64,000 nucleotides of DNA, taken from Chitinivibrionales bacterium (GTDB lineage: Bacteria; Fibrobacterota; Chitinivibrionia; Chitinivibrionales; WJKA01). Below the pieces are notes generated by a model, which was not told the DNA's origin, ran no database searches, and saw only the letters and a list, made by a program, of their open reading frames with translations. Position numbers and translations under genes: made by a program. Below, piece by piece: positions 9,194-18,492 of this stretch (position 1 is the stretch's first letter; the number at the start of each line of letters is the position of its first letter). Location of the stretch: contig JBBRUX010000003.1 of NCBI GenBank assembly GCA_038247415.1, positions 1-64,000 of the forward strand. Reading direction: 5' to 3'.

Positions 9194-11074
9194 TTAAGAA
9201 TCCCGCGCTTTAAAAATGATGGCGTGGGGTGTATCCGTTACAGGTTCTTCTTTGACCACGGCATCCTCGGGAACAACAATTTTTTCTAGAAACCGGTCGA
9301 TGGTATGAATGATAAGCCGTGCATCTAATCGGCGCCGGTTGATAAATATAATATTGCTCTCGTCAAAGCTTTTCGTTTGTTCTTCGCCGGGAAGAATGTC
9401 GAGTAAAAAGATTTTAAGCAACGAAGGGTTGCTGTCTTTTTGCTCGCCATCCTCAAAAAGCATTATGTCAAGAGGCATCCCTTTTTCGGAGATCGAAATG
9501 ACGATATTAGTAGTACCGCAATTGTCGGGACCAAAATGGTCGGCAGTGCGCACTCGATAGCCATTATTAGCGAGTGCCAGGCAGATCGGATGAAAAGAAA
9601 TTTTCTTGTTGAAAATAACCATGATTTCTGCACTTTCGGATGGTTTGGCAGGATGGCCAAGTCGGACATCTTTCATGGGGATTTTCAAAAATTCACAGAG
9701 AAGCGAAAGATTCTTAAGAATCGAATTTAAAAAACTTTCAGATATTCCTCGTGTCAATTTAAGTTCAGTAAGAATTGCCTGAGGAATTTCTTCTATAAAT
9801 TCATCACAGCTGTGGCCAAGATTCATGGCTTTGGCAATGATGTTGCCAACATAGACCGCTTCCTGAACAATCCGGTCTAGAGGGGTTGTTGTTGCTAAAA
9901 TGCGCGATGGATTATGGTGGTTTAAAATGGCAAGTGAAATTGACGATGGAAAATTCCAGCTGTTTGCAAGATGGTGCCCAAGCTCAGAATGGGTGAACCC
10001 AAGCTGATGCTCTTCCGATTCGCAAAACAAACGCATCATGTTGGCAGTATCTTCTAAAAGATGAGAAAAAACCTGATTGAAATTATTATCAAGGGGGATT
10101 TTGCCAAGGTCATGCACAAGACCTGCAATAAATCCAAGTTCTGGTCTACGGTACCCGCAATCTTCACAGAGTTTTTCTGCAATAAGAGCAACTGCTAGAG
10201 AATGAAGCCAAAACTCTTGCCTAGAAAAACCATAGCGTTTTGCCATATCGGGCGAAAGATCTATAAGGGCCAGACATGCAAGCAAATTGCGTGTTTCGCG
10301 AAATCCAAGTCGCACTACCGCTTCATTTACTTCGGAGATCGATTTCCCCCGCTTGGCGTAGTTTATAGTATTGGCGACTTTAAGAATAGCAGCCGCCGCA
10401 CCTTGGTCGGTGGAAATACAGGTTGCTAATTCGTTGCAACAGCTTCCTTCCGATTCTATAATGTCAAGGGCACGGATGACGGTAAAGGGAAAAACCCATT
10501 GTTTATGCAGAATATTTGAGATGTCGCGCAGTTTTTCGTTGACTGAAACGGTAAGATCGTAGAGCTTTTCGGTAAGTCGTTCTAGATGCAGTTCGGAAAG
10601 GGACGTTGATTCACTGGAGTTTTTGGGAACGTGGGCACGTATTGTTTTTGCGAGCACTCCACTCACCCTTTTTTGTAAATCGGCAAAGCTAAATGGGTAT
10701 TCGATAAAATCAAGCGTTGTTAAAAAAGCTTCTGCTCGGCATTCGGTGAGGATGGTATCGATTTTTGGTCGAATTTCTTTGGGCATGATAAGCAAAATAG
10801 CAATGTCTTTGGTTCGAATTGAGCGCTTGAGCCGAGGTACAAAGAGAATATCTTTGGTATTGTCGGCAGTTATGTCTGCAATAATAAGATCGGGAATAAA
10901 TTGATAGGCTTTAATGGTGGCAAGATACGATGCATCTGCCTGAATGATTTGATAATCACTTTGCACAAGTCCCACAGTGAGCACATCACGAATACGTGCT
11001 CGTTGCGAAAATAAAAGGATAAGGGGGCCAGCTCCATTTCGCGCAAATGATCCTGAAATTTTTGGTTTGGGCAT
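9194..11074 (-). CDS. HDOD-domain signalling protein with degenerate receiver-like N-terminus
   Basis: FWLHSLAVA, AGLVHDLGKI, LGFTHSELG...WNFP...AILNHH HDOD motifs. Confidence 0.85.
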   Translation of the reverse strand: MPKPKISGSFARNGAGPLILLFSQRARIRDVLTVGLVQSDYQIIQADASYLATIKAYQFIPDLIIADITADNTKDILFVPRLKRSIRTKDIAILLIMPKEIRPKIDTILTECRAEAFLTTLDFIEYPFSFADLQKRVSGVLAKTIRAHVPKNSSESTSLSELHLERLTEKLYDLTVSVNEKLRDISNILHKQWVFPFTVIRALDIIESEGSCCNELATCISTDQGAAAAILKVANTINYAKRGKSISEVNEAVVRLGFRETRNLLACLALIDLSPDMAKRYGFSRQEFWLHSLAVALIAEKLCEDCGYRRPELGFIAGLVHDLGKIPLDNNFNQVFSHLLEDTANMMRLFCESEEHQLGFTHSELGHHLANSWNFPSSISLAILNHHNPSRILATTTPLDRIVQEAVYVGNIIAKAMNLGHSCDEFIEEIPQAILTELKLTRGISESFLNSILKNLSLLCEFLKIPMKDVRLGHPAKPSESAEIMVIFNKKISFHPICLALANNGYRVRTADHFGPDNCGTTNIVISISEKGMPLDIMLFEDGEQKDSNPSLLKIFLLDILPGEEQTKSFDESNIIFINRRRLDARLIIHTIDRFLEKIVVPEDAVVKEEPVTDTPHAIIFKARDS

Positions 11075-11214
11075 GATACTTTATATCTAGGGTAGAAAAT
11101 GCGAGAATATATATAGATCCATCGTATCATTGAACCTACGATTATGCCACTATAAATAGGTTACAGAAGGTGCGCTTTTTTTACGGGGAACGTTGCATGG
11201 GGGCAGTTTAGGCG

Positions 11215-11243
11215 CGGACGTTCTTTATGGTCAAGAACGTCCG
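11215..11243. repeat. Perfect 11-bp inverted repeat (REP-like or atypical terminator)
   Basis: CGGACGTTCTT-TATGGTC-AAGAACGTCCG with no U-tract. Confidence 0.6.
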
Positions 11244-11259
11244 TAGAGTTTGATTAAGC

Positions 11260-11964
11260 TTACTTGGAGAGGTTTCCGCGAATTTTAAACTCAAGCTTTT
11301 CTGGGTGATTTGTTTTGAGGATAAATTCGCCAGAAGATGGTTGTTCGATATCGGGTGCAGTAAATTCAAGCTTGTAAACTGCAAAGCCATCGGCGCGAAC
11401 AGAATCGGTTGCAGCAAATGTAAAGGGACATACCATAGGAAGTTCAGACTGCCATTGTGGGCCTTCACTACGGCTTGCTTTAAAGGAAACAGCTGATATT
11501 TTAAGATCTTTTTTAGCAGACGCGGGATAGAGCGTGTACTTTTTTTGTGCCTGAGCAGAGAGGTACTGCTCCGAAATATCGATAATGGCAATAATTTTTG
11601 CGGTTATCGTAAGCGTTTGGTTAGGAGTGTTTGCCGCATTTGAGGTAACCGTGATAGTTTTGGAGATTGGCCCGCTATGGTATCCTGCAATATTTACTGA
11701 CGATTCTATTTTGGCAGATTTGCCAGCTTGAATGGTAGTATCGTATTTAACGACGGTGCAGCCGCAGCCAGGGCGAACATTTTCGAGCTTGAGCGGAGCG
11801 TCACCGGTATTTTTTAGAACAAAGACTGCCGAGATTTTATCTACTTTACCTTCATTGAGAGTTCCACAATCGACTGTTGTTTTTTCAAACTCAATTTTTG
11901 GTCCTGCAAGAAGAACGCCGGTAATAAAAACAAGACCAATTCCCATTGCGGATAACCGTGCCAT
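11260..11964 (-). CDS. Secreted DUF1573-like Ig-fold protein
   Basis: Signal peptide; FVLKNTGDAPLKLENVRPGCGCT motif; KTITVTSN. Confidence 0.85.
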   Translation of the reverse strand: MARLSAMGIGLVFITGVLLAGPKIEFEKTTVDCGTLNEGKVDKISAVFVLKNTGDAPLKLENVRPGCGCTVVKYDTTIQAGKSAKIESSVNIAGYHSGPISKTITVTSNAANTPNQTLTITAKIIAIIDISEQYLSAQAQKKYTLYPASAKKDLKISAVSFKASRSEGPQWQSELPMVCPFTFAATDSVRADGFAVYKLEFTAPDIEQPSSGEFILKTNHPEKLEFKIRGNLSK

Positions 11965-12125
11965 TACGAGCTCCTTGATAATGTTGAATGTATAAAAATG
12001 TGCATAATATCGATAATGATAAAGGATTTAAAAATATAACTTATGACATCAAACGAATACGCAAAAAAGAGTATCTCAAGGTAAAAATTATTGTACTCGA
12101 TACGGGATACAGGTATTTTTATTAC

Positions 12126-13346
12126 ATGAATAAATTGTTTGATGCCGTTATTGTGGGAGCTGGGCCAGCGGGTTTAATGGCCGCTATTGTTGCAGCACGA
12201 AGAGGCCGAAGGGTGGTTCTGCTGGAATTGCAGGATCGTAGCGGGCGAAAGATCCTTTCTACAGGAAATGGACGATGCAATTTTACGAATATTAGTTGCG
12301 AAAAACATCATTTTCATGGTCCGCACAGCGAATTTATTGCTACTGTTTTAAACTCTTTTAACTCCGCCAGCACCATCGATTTTTTTAAAGAGCTCGGTGT
12401 GTTACCCTATATCGAAGATGGACGAGTGTATCCTGCTTCACAGCATGCGTCATCTATACGAGATGCGCTTAGTGGCGAAATAGACCGGCTTAAGATACCC
12501 TGTGAATATGGAGTTCATATTAAAGAGCTCAAAGCGTGTTCTACGGGGTTTGAAATATATTCAAATGTGGACGTGTATACCGGCACATCGGTGCTTCTTG
12601 CAACCGGATTGCATGCGTCGGCACATCTGGGGGGTGGCGCAGATGGATTGCGCTATGCCAGAATGCTTAATGTGCATTGTCAAGAGACATTTCCGGCCCT
12701 TGTGCCCCTGCGCGTGGAAGCTTTTGCTCGCAAACAGAGCCATGGGGTTCGTGCTGAAGTCCTATTAACCGTGATTGCCGATGGGCAACGCATTTTTTCC
12801 GAGAAGGGCGAAGCGCTTTTTACCGATTATGGAGTCTCTGGAATTGTTGCTCTTTCGGCAAGCTATTTTGTCAATAAGGCGCTTGTGGCACATTCAGCCG
12901 TTTCGATTGAACTCGATCTACTGCCAGATGTTTCACGAGCTGATCTTGAAAATCATATATTGTATCAGCAATCGACACGGCCGACCCGAGAGGTATCTGA
13001 ATTTTTATGCGGAAGTGTAAATCGGAAGCTCGTTCCCACTATTGTAGATGCATGTGGCTTGAGTAAAGATGTAACCCTTGCAAAGATAACCAGTTCGGAA
13101 TTGAATGGTCTGGTAAGGGCATTAAAGTCGCTCTCTGGGTCTGTGTCGGGTACTCTTTCTCCCCGGCAAGCCCAGGTAATGGGTGGTGGTGTTGATACGT
13201 TGCATATGAGGCCCGAAACCATGGAGTCGAATGTATGCAAGGGTCTTTATTGTGCAGGGGAAATGTGCGATGTTGTTGGCGACTGTGGTGGTTACAACCT
13301 TCAGTGGGCATGGTCTTCGGGGTATAGTGCAGGAATGGCTGTATGA
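12126..13346 (+). CDS. HI0933/BaiN-family FAD-dependent oxidoreductase
   Basis: VGAGPAGLMAA, GRKILSTGNGRCNFTN, GDCGGYNLQWAWSSG; start moved to ATG 12126. Confidence 0.92.
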   Translation: MNKLFDAVIVGAGPAGLMAAIVAARRGRRVVLLELQDRSGRKILSTGNGRCNFTNISCEKHHFHGPHSEFIATVLNSFNSASTIDFFKELGVLPYIEDGRVYPASQHASSIRDALSGEIDRLKIPCEYGVHIKELKACSTGFEIYSNVDVYTGTSVLLATGLHASAHLGGGADGLRYARMLNVHCQETFPALVPLRVEAFARKQSHGVRAEVLLTVIADGQRIFSEKGEALFTDYGVSGIVALSASYFVNKALVAHSAVSIELDLLPDVSRADLENHILYQQSTRPTREVSEFLCGSVNRKLVPTIVDACGLSKDVTLAKITSSELNGLVRALKSLSGSVSGTLSPRQAQVMGGGVDTLHMRPETMESNVCKGLYCAGEMCDVVGDCGGYNLQWAWSSGYSAGMAV

Positions 13347-13401
13347 GATTTACTCGTGCCTACGGGAACGTACACCTCTTTATCAAGAACAGAGAAAAAA
13401 T

Positions 13402-14097
13402 ATGTTTGTTGCTGTTTATCGCTGCGCATGTATAAGCTTATGTGTGATGTATGGTATTCTGAATGCAACACCCTACGTGAAAGATCCAGGTATTCCCCAT
13501 GGAGAAACAACTGAGTATTTTCTTTTTGTAAATAAACAGGAATATATCATATCCGAGAAATGCTTGGTGAGTATTGTTGATGGAAAGAAAAAGTATGTCA
13601 TTGAATCTCGTTCGTCAGTTGAAACAGCGCTCTCTACCATCGATGCAGCAACACTCTTTGCATCGAGCGTTGATATTGTAACTGGTGCACAAAATGCCAA
13701 AGCCCGATCCCGTACCGATTTTGTCTCCGATTTTAATACGTATCAGCCAGATGAAATGGGTATTATAGAATTCCATAATGTACCCTATTTGATGCGCGGT
13801 TTTTCTGCCCCCAAGAATACGGCCCTCAAGATCAGGCTCTTAAGTGATGCAACACCTTTTCCAATGATAGCACATTATATTGGGGACGAGAGTATTGTGG
13901 TACAGGGCAAAACATATATGTGTTACAAGATGCAGTTTGGGCTTTCGGGTTTTTTAAAACCTTTTTTTCCTCCTGCTACTTTTTGGTATGCTAAAGAAGC
14001 TCCGCATTATCTGGTTCGTTTTGATGGGTTGACAAGCGGGCCTGGATCGCCTCGGCGAATAATAGAATTAAAGTCTCGAAAAATTGTGCCTCAATAG
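13402..14097 (+). CDS. Hypothetical exported protein
   Basis: Long ORF between two co-oriented flavoprotein genes; signal-peptide-like N-terminus; start uncertain. Confidence 0.6.
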   Translation: MFVAVYRCACISLCVMYGILNATPYVKDPGIPHGETTEYFLFVNKQEYIISEKCLVSIVDGKKKYVIESRSSVETALSTIDAATLFASSVDIVTGAQNAKARSRTDFVSDFNTYQPDEMGIIEFHNVPYLMRGFSAPKNTALKIRLLSDATPFPMIAHYIGDESIVVQGKTYMCYKMQFGLSGFLKPFFPPATFWYAKEAPHYLVRFDGLTSGPGSPRRIIELKSRKIVPQ

Positions 14098-14107
14098 ATT
14101 GTACACC

Positions 14108-15703
14108 ATGATTCGACTCTGTGATATCAAGCTTGGATTAAAGGCAACATCAGATGATGTGTGCACGCGGGTAGCTTCTATTCTAGGAGTTTCGCGTGAC
14201 CAAATTGACGCTGTGCACATCAGGCGTCGTGCCATAGATGCGCGAAAAAAGAATGACATTTGTTATGTATACACTGTTGATGTAGAGGTTAGCAAAAGTG
14301 TGGCTGTTCGTATGGGTGGAGCTCATAAAATCGCACTCTCTCCCAATGAAGAATATGTGCCGGTACCGAGTGGCAGCAGCATCTTAGAGAGTAGGCCGGT
14401 GGTTGTTGGGAGTGGTCCATCGGGGCTCTTTACAGCGCTTATTTTGGCTAGTCAAGGGTATCGCCCGATTGTGCTTGAGCGGGGGGCACCTTTGGAAAAA
14501 CGGATCAAAGATGTAGAATCTTTTTGGCAAACAGGGATTTTAAACCCTGCTTCAAATGCCCAATTTGGAGAAGGGGGAGCAGGAACATTCTCCGATGGTA
14601 AATTGGCAACTCTTATTAACGATTCGCGATGCAGAAAAGTGCTCTCTGAATTTGTTGCCTGCGGAGCTCCTGCCGATATTCTAACATCTAGTAAACCTCA
14701 TATTGGTACCGATATTTTGCGCTCTGTGGTTCTTAAGCTGCGCCAAAAAATTATTGGGCTCGGTGGCGAGGTCAGATTTCACACCACGGTTACCGATATA
14801 ATCATTTCCGACAGAAAACTTTCCGGCCTTATCATTAACGACGGGCTCGATAGAATTTCATGCGCCTGCGCGATCTTTGCTATAGGGCATAGTGCACGTG
14901 ATACAATCCCCATGCTTTTTGAGCACGGGTTAACCATGAGTGCAAAACCATTTTCGATTGGCGTACGCATAGAGCATTTGCAAAACGATATAGATGAATC
15001 GCGCTATGGTCGCTCTGCAGGCGATCTGATACTTGGTGCCGCTGATTATAAATTATCTTACCATGCACCTACTGGCAGAAGCGCATACACATTTTGCATG
15101 TGTCCAGGTGGATCGGTTATTGCTGCGGCTAGCGATGCAGGGCATCTTGTAACCAATGGCATGAGTTTACGGGCCCGCAAAGAGCGTAATGCAAATGCTG
15201 CTCTTTTAGTAAATGTAATGCCTACCGATTTTCCAACAGATCATGCCTTGGCTGGCTTTGCCTTTCAGCGAGCGTGGGAATCCTCTGCTTTTAACCTTGG
15301 CGGCTCTCAATTTTTTGCCCCATGTCAAAAGGTGGGTGATTTTTTAATGAAGAAGCAAACAGCTTCCTTTGGGACAGTTATTCCTTCATATCAACCTGGT
15401 ACTACGCCCTCATCACTTGATACATGTCTTCCGGCCTATGTATGCGACACAATTCGTAGTGCACTGCCTCAGTTCGCTCGGCAAGTAGCCGCATTTGGTG
15501 ATGTCAATGCGGTCATGACCGGTGTTGAAACACGAAGCTCTAGTCCTGTGCGAATTTTTCGTACTCCGGATATGCAAACGTCTGTTGCTGGAGTGTATTC
15601 GGTTGGTGAAGGTGGCGGGCATGCAGGGGGTATTACCTCTGCATCAGTAGATGGCATTAAATGTGCCGAGTCGATTATTAGCACTTTTAAACCATTTGAT
15701 TAA
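14108..15703 (+). CDS. FAD-dependent oxidoreductase (COG2509-like)
   Basis: VGSGPSGLF, QFGEGGAGTFSDGKL, FCMCPGG, ETRSSSPVRI, GEGGGHAGGITSASVDG. Confidence 0.9.
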   Translation: MIRLCDIKLGLKATSDDVCTRVASILGVSRDQIDAVHIRRRAIDARKKNDICYVYTVDVEVSKSVAVRMGGAHKIALSPNEEYVPVPSGSSILESRPVVVGSGPSGLFTALILASQGYRPIVLERGAPLEKRIKDVESFWQTGILNPASNAQFGEGGAGTFSDGKLATLINDSRCRKVLSEFVACGAPADILTSSKPHIGTDILRSVVLKLRQKIIGLGGEVRFHTTVTDIIISDRKLSGLIINDGLDRISCACAIFAIGHSARDTIPMLFEHGLTMSAKPFSIGVRIEHLQNDIDESRYGRSAGDLILGAADYKLSYHAPTGRSAYTFCMCPGGSVIAAASDAGHLVTNGMSLRARKERNANAALLVNVMPTDFPTDHALAGFAFQRAWESSAFNLGGSQFFAPCQKVGDFLMKKQTASFGTVIPSYQPGTTPSSLDTCLPAYVCDTIRSALPQFARQVAAFGDVNAVMTGVETRSSSPVRIFRTPDMQTSVAGVYSVGEGGGHAGGITSASVDGIKCAESIISTFKPFD

Positions 15704-15752
15704 GTGTTAGAGGTAACGATTTTATTCATGTAAAAACTATGAGGATATTTTT

Positions 15753-17141
15753 ATGATGCGTACAGAAAAAGATACCATGGGAGAAGTGCACGTTCCAATG
15801 AGTGCGTATTATGGCAGTCAGACAGCCCGTTCGATTCATTTTTTTAATATTGGAACCGAAAAAATGCCTCCAGAAATTATTGCATCCTTTGCACTGCTTA
15901 AAAAGGCTGCAGCTCTTGTCAATGGACACCTTGGCCTACTGTCCATCGAAAAGCGCGATCTGATAATAACCGTAGCGGATGAAATTCTTGCAGGGGGCTT
16001 GGCCGATCAATTTCCACTTGCGGTGTGGCAAACAGGTTCCGGCACGCAAACAAACATGAATGTGAATGAGGTGATCTCAAATAGGGCAATTGAAATGGCT
16101 TGTGGGGTAATGGGGAGCAAAAAGCCCATACACCCTAACGACGATGTTAATATGTCGCAGTCAAGTAACGATACTTTTCCTACTGCTATGCATATAGCTG
16201 CGGTTACTGTTCTCTTGAGAGACCTTTTGCCTGCGCTCAAAAATCTCGAACAAAAATATAAAGATCTTTCGGTTAGCTTCGACGCCTATATTAAAATTGG
16301 CCGTACCCATCTAATGGATGCAGTACCCCTTACTCTAGGTCAAGAGTTTTCGGGATACGCAGCACAGCTTACCCATGCACGCGAGTGCATCGAGCATGCG
16401 CTTTCACGACTCTTTCCGCTTGCGCTGGGTGGAACGGCTGTGGGAACGGGGATTAATACCCATCCCGATTTTGCTAAACAATCTGCAAAAAGCATTGCCG
16501 AATTAAGCGGATATCCATTTACTAGTGCACATAATAAGTTTGAAGCACTGGCATCTCACGATACTTTTGTATATGTTCATGGATCTCTTAAAATGCTTGC
16601 AACAGCTCTCATGAAAATTGCCAATGATATTCGCTGGTTGGCATCGGGTCCACGGTGCGGCCTGGGCGAAATATCTATTCCAGAAAATGAACCCGGAAGC
16701 TCTATCATGCCCGGAAAAGTAAATCCGACACAATGCGAGGCTATCACCATGATTGCAGCACAAGTGATGGGGAATGATGTAACAATAGGCATTGCAGCGG
16801 CGAGTGGTAATTTTGAATTAAACGTTTACAAACCTGTTATAATCTATAACTTCCTTCAATCGGTACGACTTTTGTCGGACGGCATGCGAAGCTTTTTAAA
16901 TCATTGTGTAGAAGGTATTATTCCCAATGCTTCACGCATGAAAGAGTATCTGGATAATTCTCTTATGCTTGTCACCGCTCTCAATCCGGTTGTTGGCTAC
17001 GATACTGCAGCAAAAATCGCAAAAAAAGCGCACACCGATGGTTCCACCCTCAAAGCTGCTGCATTAAGTCTTAGTGCGTTAACAGAAGAAGAATTTGATA
17101 AGCATGTGGATCCAAGGAAGATGCTTAGGCCGGGGGTGTGA
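15753..17141 (+). CDS. fumC: Class II fumarate hydratase
   Basis: [15 protein letters not shown] signature, [19 protein letters not shown]. Confidence 0.97.
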   Translation: MMRTEKDTMGEVHVPMSAYYGSQTARSIHFFNIGTEKMPPEIIASFALLKKAAALVNGHLGLLSIEKRDLIITVADEILAGGLADQFPLAVWQTGSGTQTNMNVNEVISNRAIEMACGVMGSKKPIHPNDDVNMSQSSNDTFPTAMHIAAVTVLLRDLLPALKNLEQKYKDLSVSFDAYIKIGRTHLMDAVPLTLGQEFSGYAAQLTHARECIEHALSRLFPLALGGTAVGTGINTHPDFAKQSAKSIAELSGYPFTSAHNKFEALASHDTFVYVHGSLKMLATALMKIANDIRWLASGPRCGLGEISIPENEPGSSIMPGKVNPTQCEAITMIAAQVMGNDVTIGIAAASGNFELNVYKPVIIYNFLQSVRLLSDGMRSFLNHCVEGIIPNASRMKEYLDNSLMLVTALNPVVGYDTAAKIAKKAHTDGSTLKAAALSLSALTEEEFDKHVDPRKMLRPGV

Positions 17142-17203
17142 GACCACGTAATTGTATCGTCGGTCAAACAATTTTCTTGGTTGGGCAACAGCCAGCGCGC
17201 GTA

Positions 17204-17560
17204 TTACACATTGGTAACCTCTTCGCACGTGGTAATTGATCCGATTGTATACGTTTGAGGCATTCCAAAGGTTGCAATCACGGAAATCTGGGTTGGCGTA
17301 TCTTGACTTATTCTCGTTTCTGAGGGCAAAATATTCCCTGATACATCCGTATAACCTCTTTGGGCAAATAGCGTAGTTACAATACTCATCGCATAGCGAA
17401 TCGTTTCAGTTTTTGCCGACTGATCCTCAAATTGCTCATCCGCCATATTAACGATCCATGGGTAGGTTCTCAAGATCCTCATCAGTGCATAACCCACCGA
17501 AGATGCATCACCACTAGTCTTCCAACGAGAAAGCGTTCGCTGCGGAAGTTCAAGCGCGGT
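17204..17560 (-). pseudogene. 5'-truncated HTH-containing (antitoxin-like) gene fragment
   Basis: The ORF extends upstream in frame as TALELPQRTLSRWKTSGDASSVGYALMRILRTYPW (HTH-like), then meets TAG with no start codon. Confidence 0.5.
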
Positions 17561-17561
17561 T

Positions 17562-17648
17562 GCCTATATTCATTTTATTGTTGGTAAAGAAGTGCGCAAA
17601 ACAATTGAGCGTATTGGCGGCACTATGCCGAAAAACTTGCCAGTTCCC
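17562..17648 (+). pseudogene. dinD: DinD C-terminal fragment
   Basis: AYIHFIVGKEVRKTIERIGGTMPKNLPVP resembles the DinD C-terminal motif (HF.VG..VR.TI..lGGTMPE.LP). Confidence 0.7.
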
Positions 17649-17652
17649 GTCG

Positions 17653-17680
17653 GTCGGGGTTCAATGTTTTGAATCCCGAC
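17653..17680. repeat. REP-like palindrome
   Basis: GTCGGGGTTCAA-TGTT-TTGAATCCCGAC, 12-bp stem with one G.T pair and no U-tract. Confidence 0.65.
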
Positions 17681-17682
17681 TG

Positions 17683-18444
17683 TCAAATATCCCCCTTCTC
17701 AATAACCCGCACAGTCCCTGGCAAAAAATCCTCTGCTAACTTGTATTTCCCTATTTGTACCCGAATAAGCTTTTTAACCTTGCCCCCGCATTCCCAGAAC
17801 ATTTTGCGAATCTGCCTGTTTTTTCCTTCGCTTAAGGTTACTAAAAACCAAGATCCATGATCGCGGGTAATGGTGCATGGTTTTGTGGTTGTTCCATCGA
17901 GGGTAATGCCAGCACAAAGGCGAGTTATGTCTTCTTGAGTGGGTAATCGATCTACTTTGACTCTGTAAATCTTTTCAACATGAGTTTCGGGGTTTAAGAG
18001 ATTGTCGGCCCATTGAGTATCATTGGTAAATAAAAGCAGCCCTTCCGAATCTTTGTCGAGCCGGCCAACCGGAAAGCACCATGTTGCACAGAGATCTGGT
18101 GGCAATAAATCGTAGACCGTTTGGCGATGGAGCTCATCTGAACGCGTGGTTACATACCCGCTTGGTTTATTCATGATTGCATACAGCGCAGCGTGGGGTG
18201 CCGGCACTGCTGTAGTTGTGGGGGTCTGATTGGAATTTGTGTAGGGTATTCTCTTTTGTGAAACAAGAGTGATAGTGCTTGTGCTATCGATCCAGGCAAG
18301 GGGATCTCGTACTACTTTGTTGTTAACTAGAACATCTTCGTTTTGTATATGTACTTCTGCCTGGGTACGGGAACAGATCCCCTTCTTAGAAAGTAAACGA
18401 TTGAGCTGAATTTTTTTGGTTGGCTGTGGTGGCGTAGGCTGCAT
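17683..18444 (-). CDS. RsuA/RluB/E/F-family rRNA pseudouridine synthase
   Basis: S4 domain, NKPSGYVTT, PVGRLDKDSEGLLLFTND, EGKNRQIRKM. Confidence 0.93.
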   Translation of the reverse strand: MQPTPPQPTKKIQLNRLLSKKGICSRTQAEVHIQNEDVLVNNKVVRDPLAWIDSTSTITLVSQKRIPYTNSNQTPTTTAVPAPHAALYAIMNKPSGYVTTRSDELHRQTVYDLLPPDLCATWCFPVGRLDKDSEGLLLFTNDTQWADNLLNPETHVEKIYRVKVDRLPTQEDITRLCAGITLDGTTTKPCTITRDHGSWFLVTLSEGKNRQIRKMFWECGGKVKKLIRVQIGKYKLAEDFLPGTVRVIEKGDI

Positions 18445-18492
18445 AATCTCCTTTAATTAGAAAATAATCCCGGCGCTTTAGCACATGGGTGG

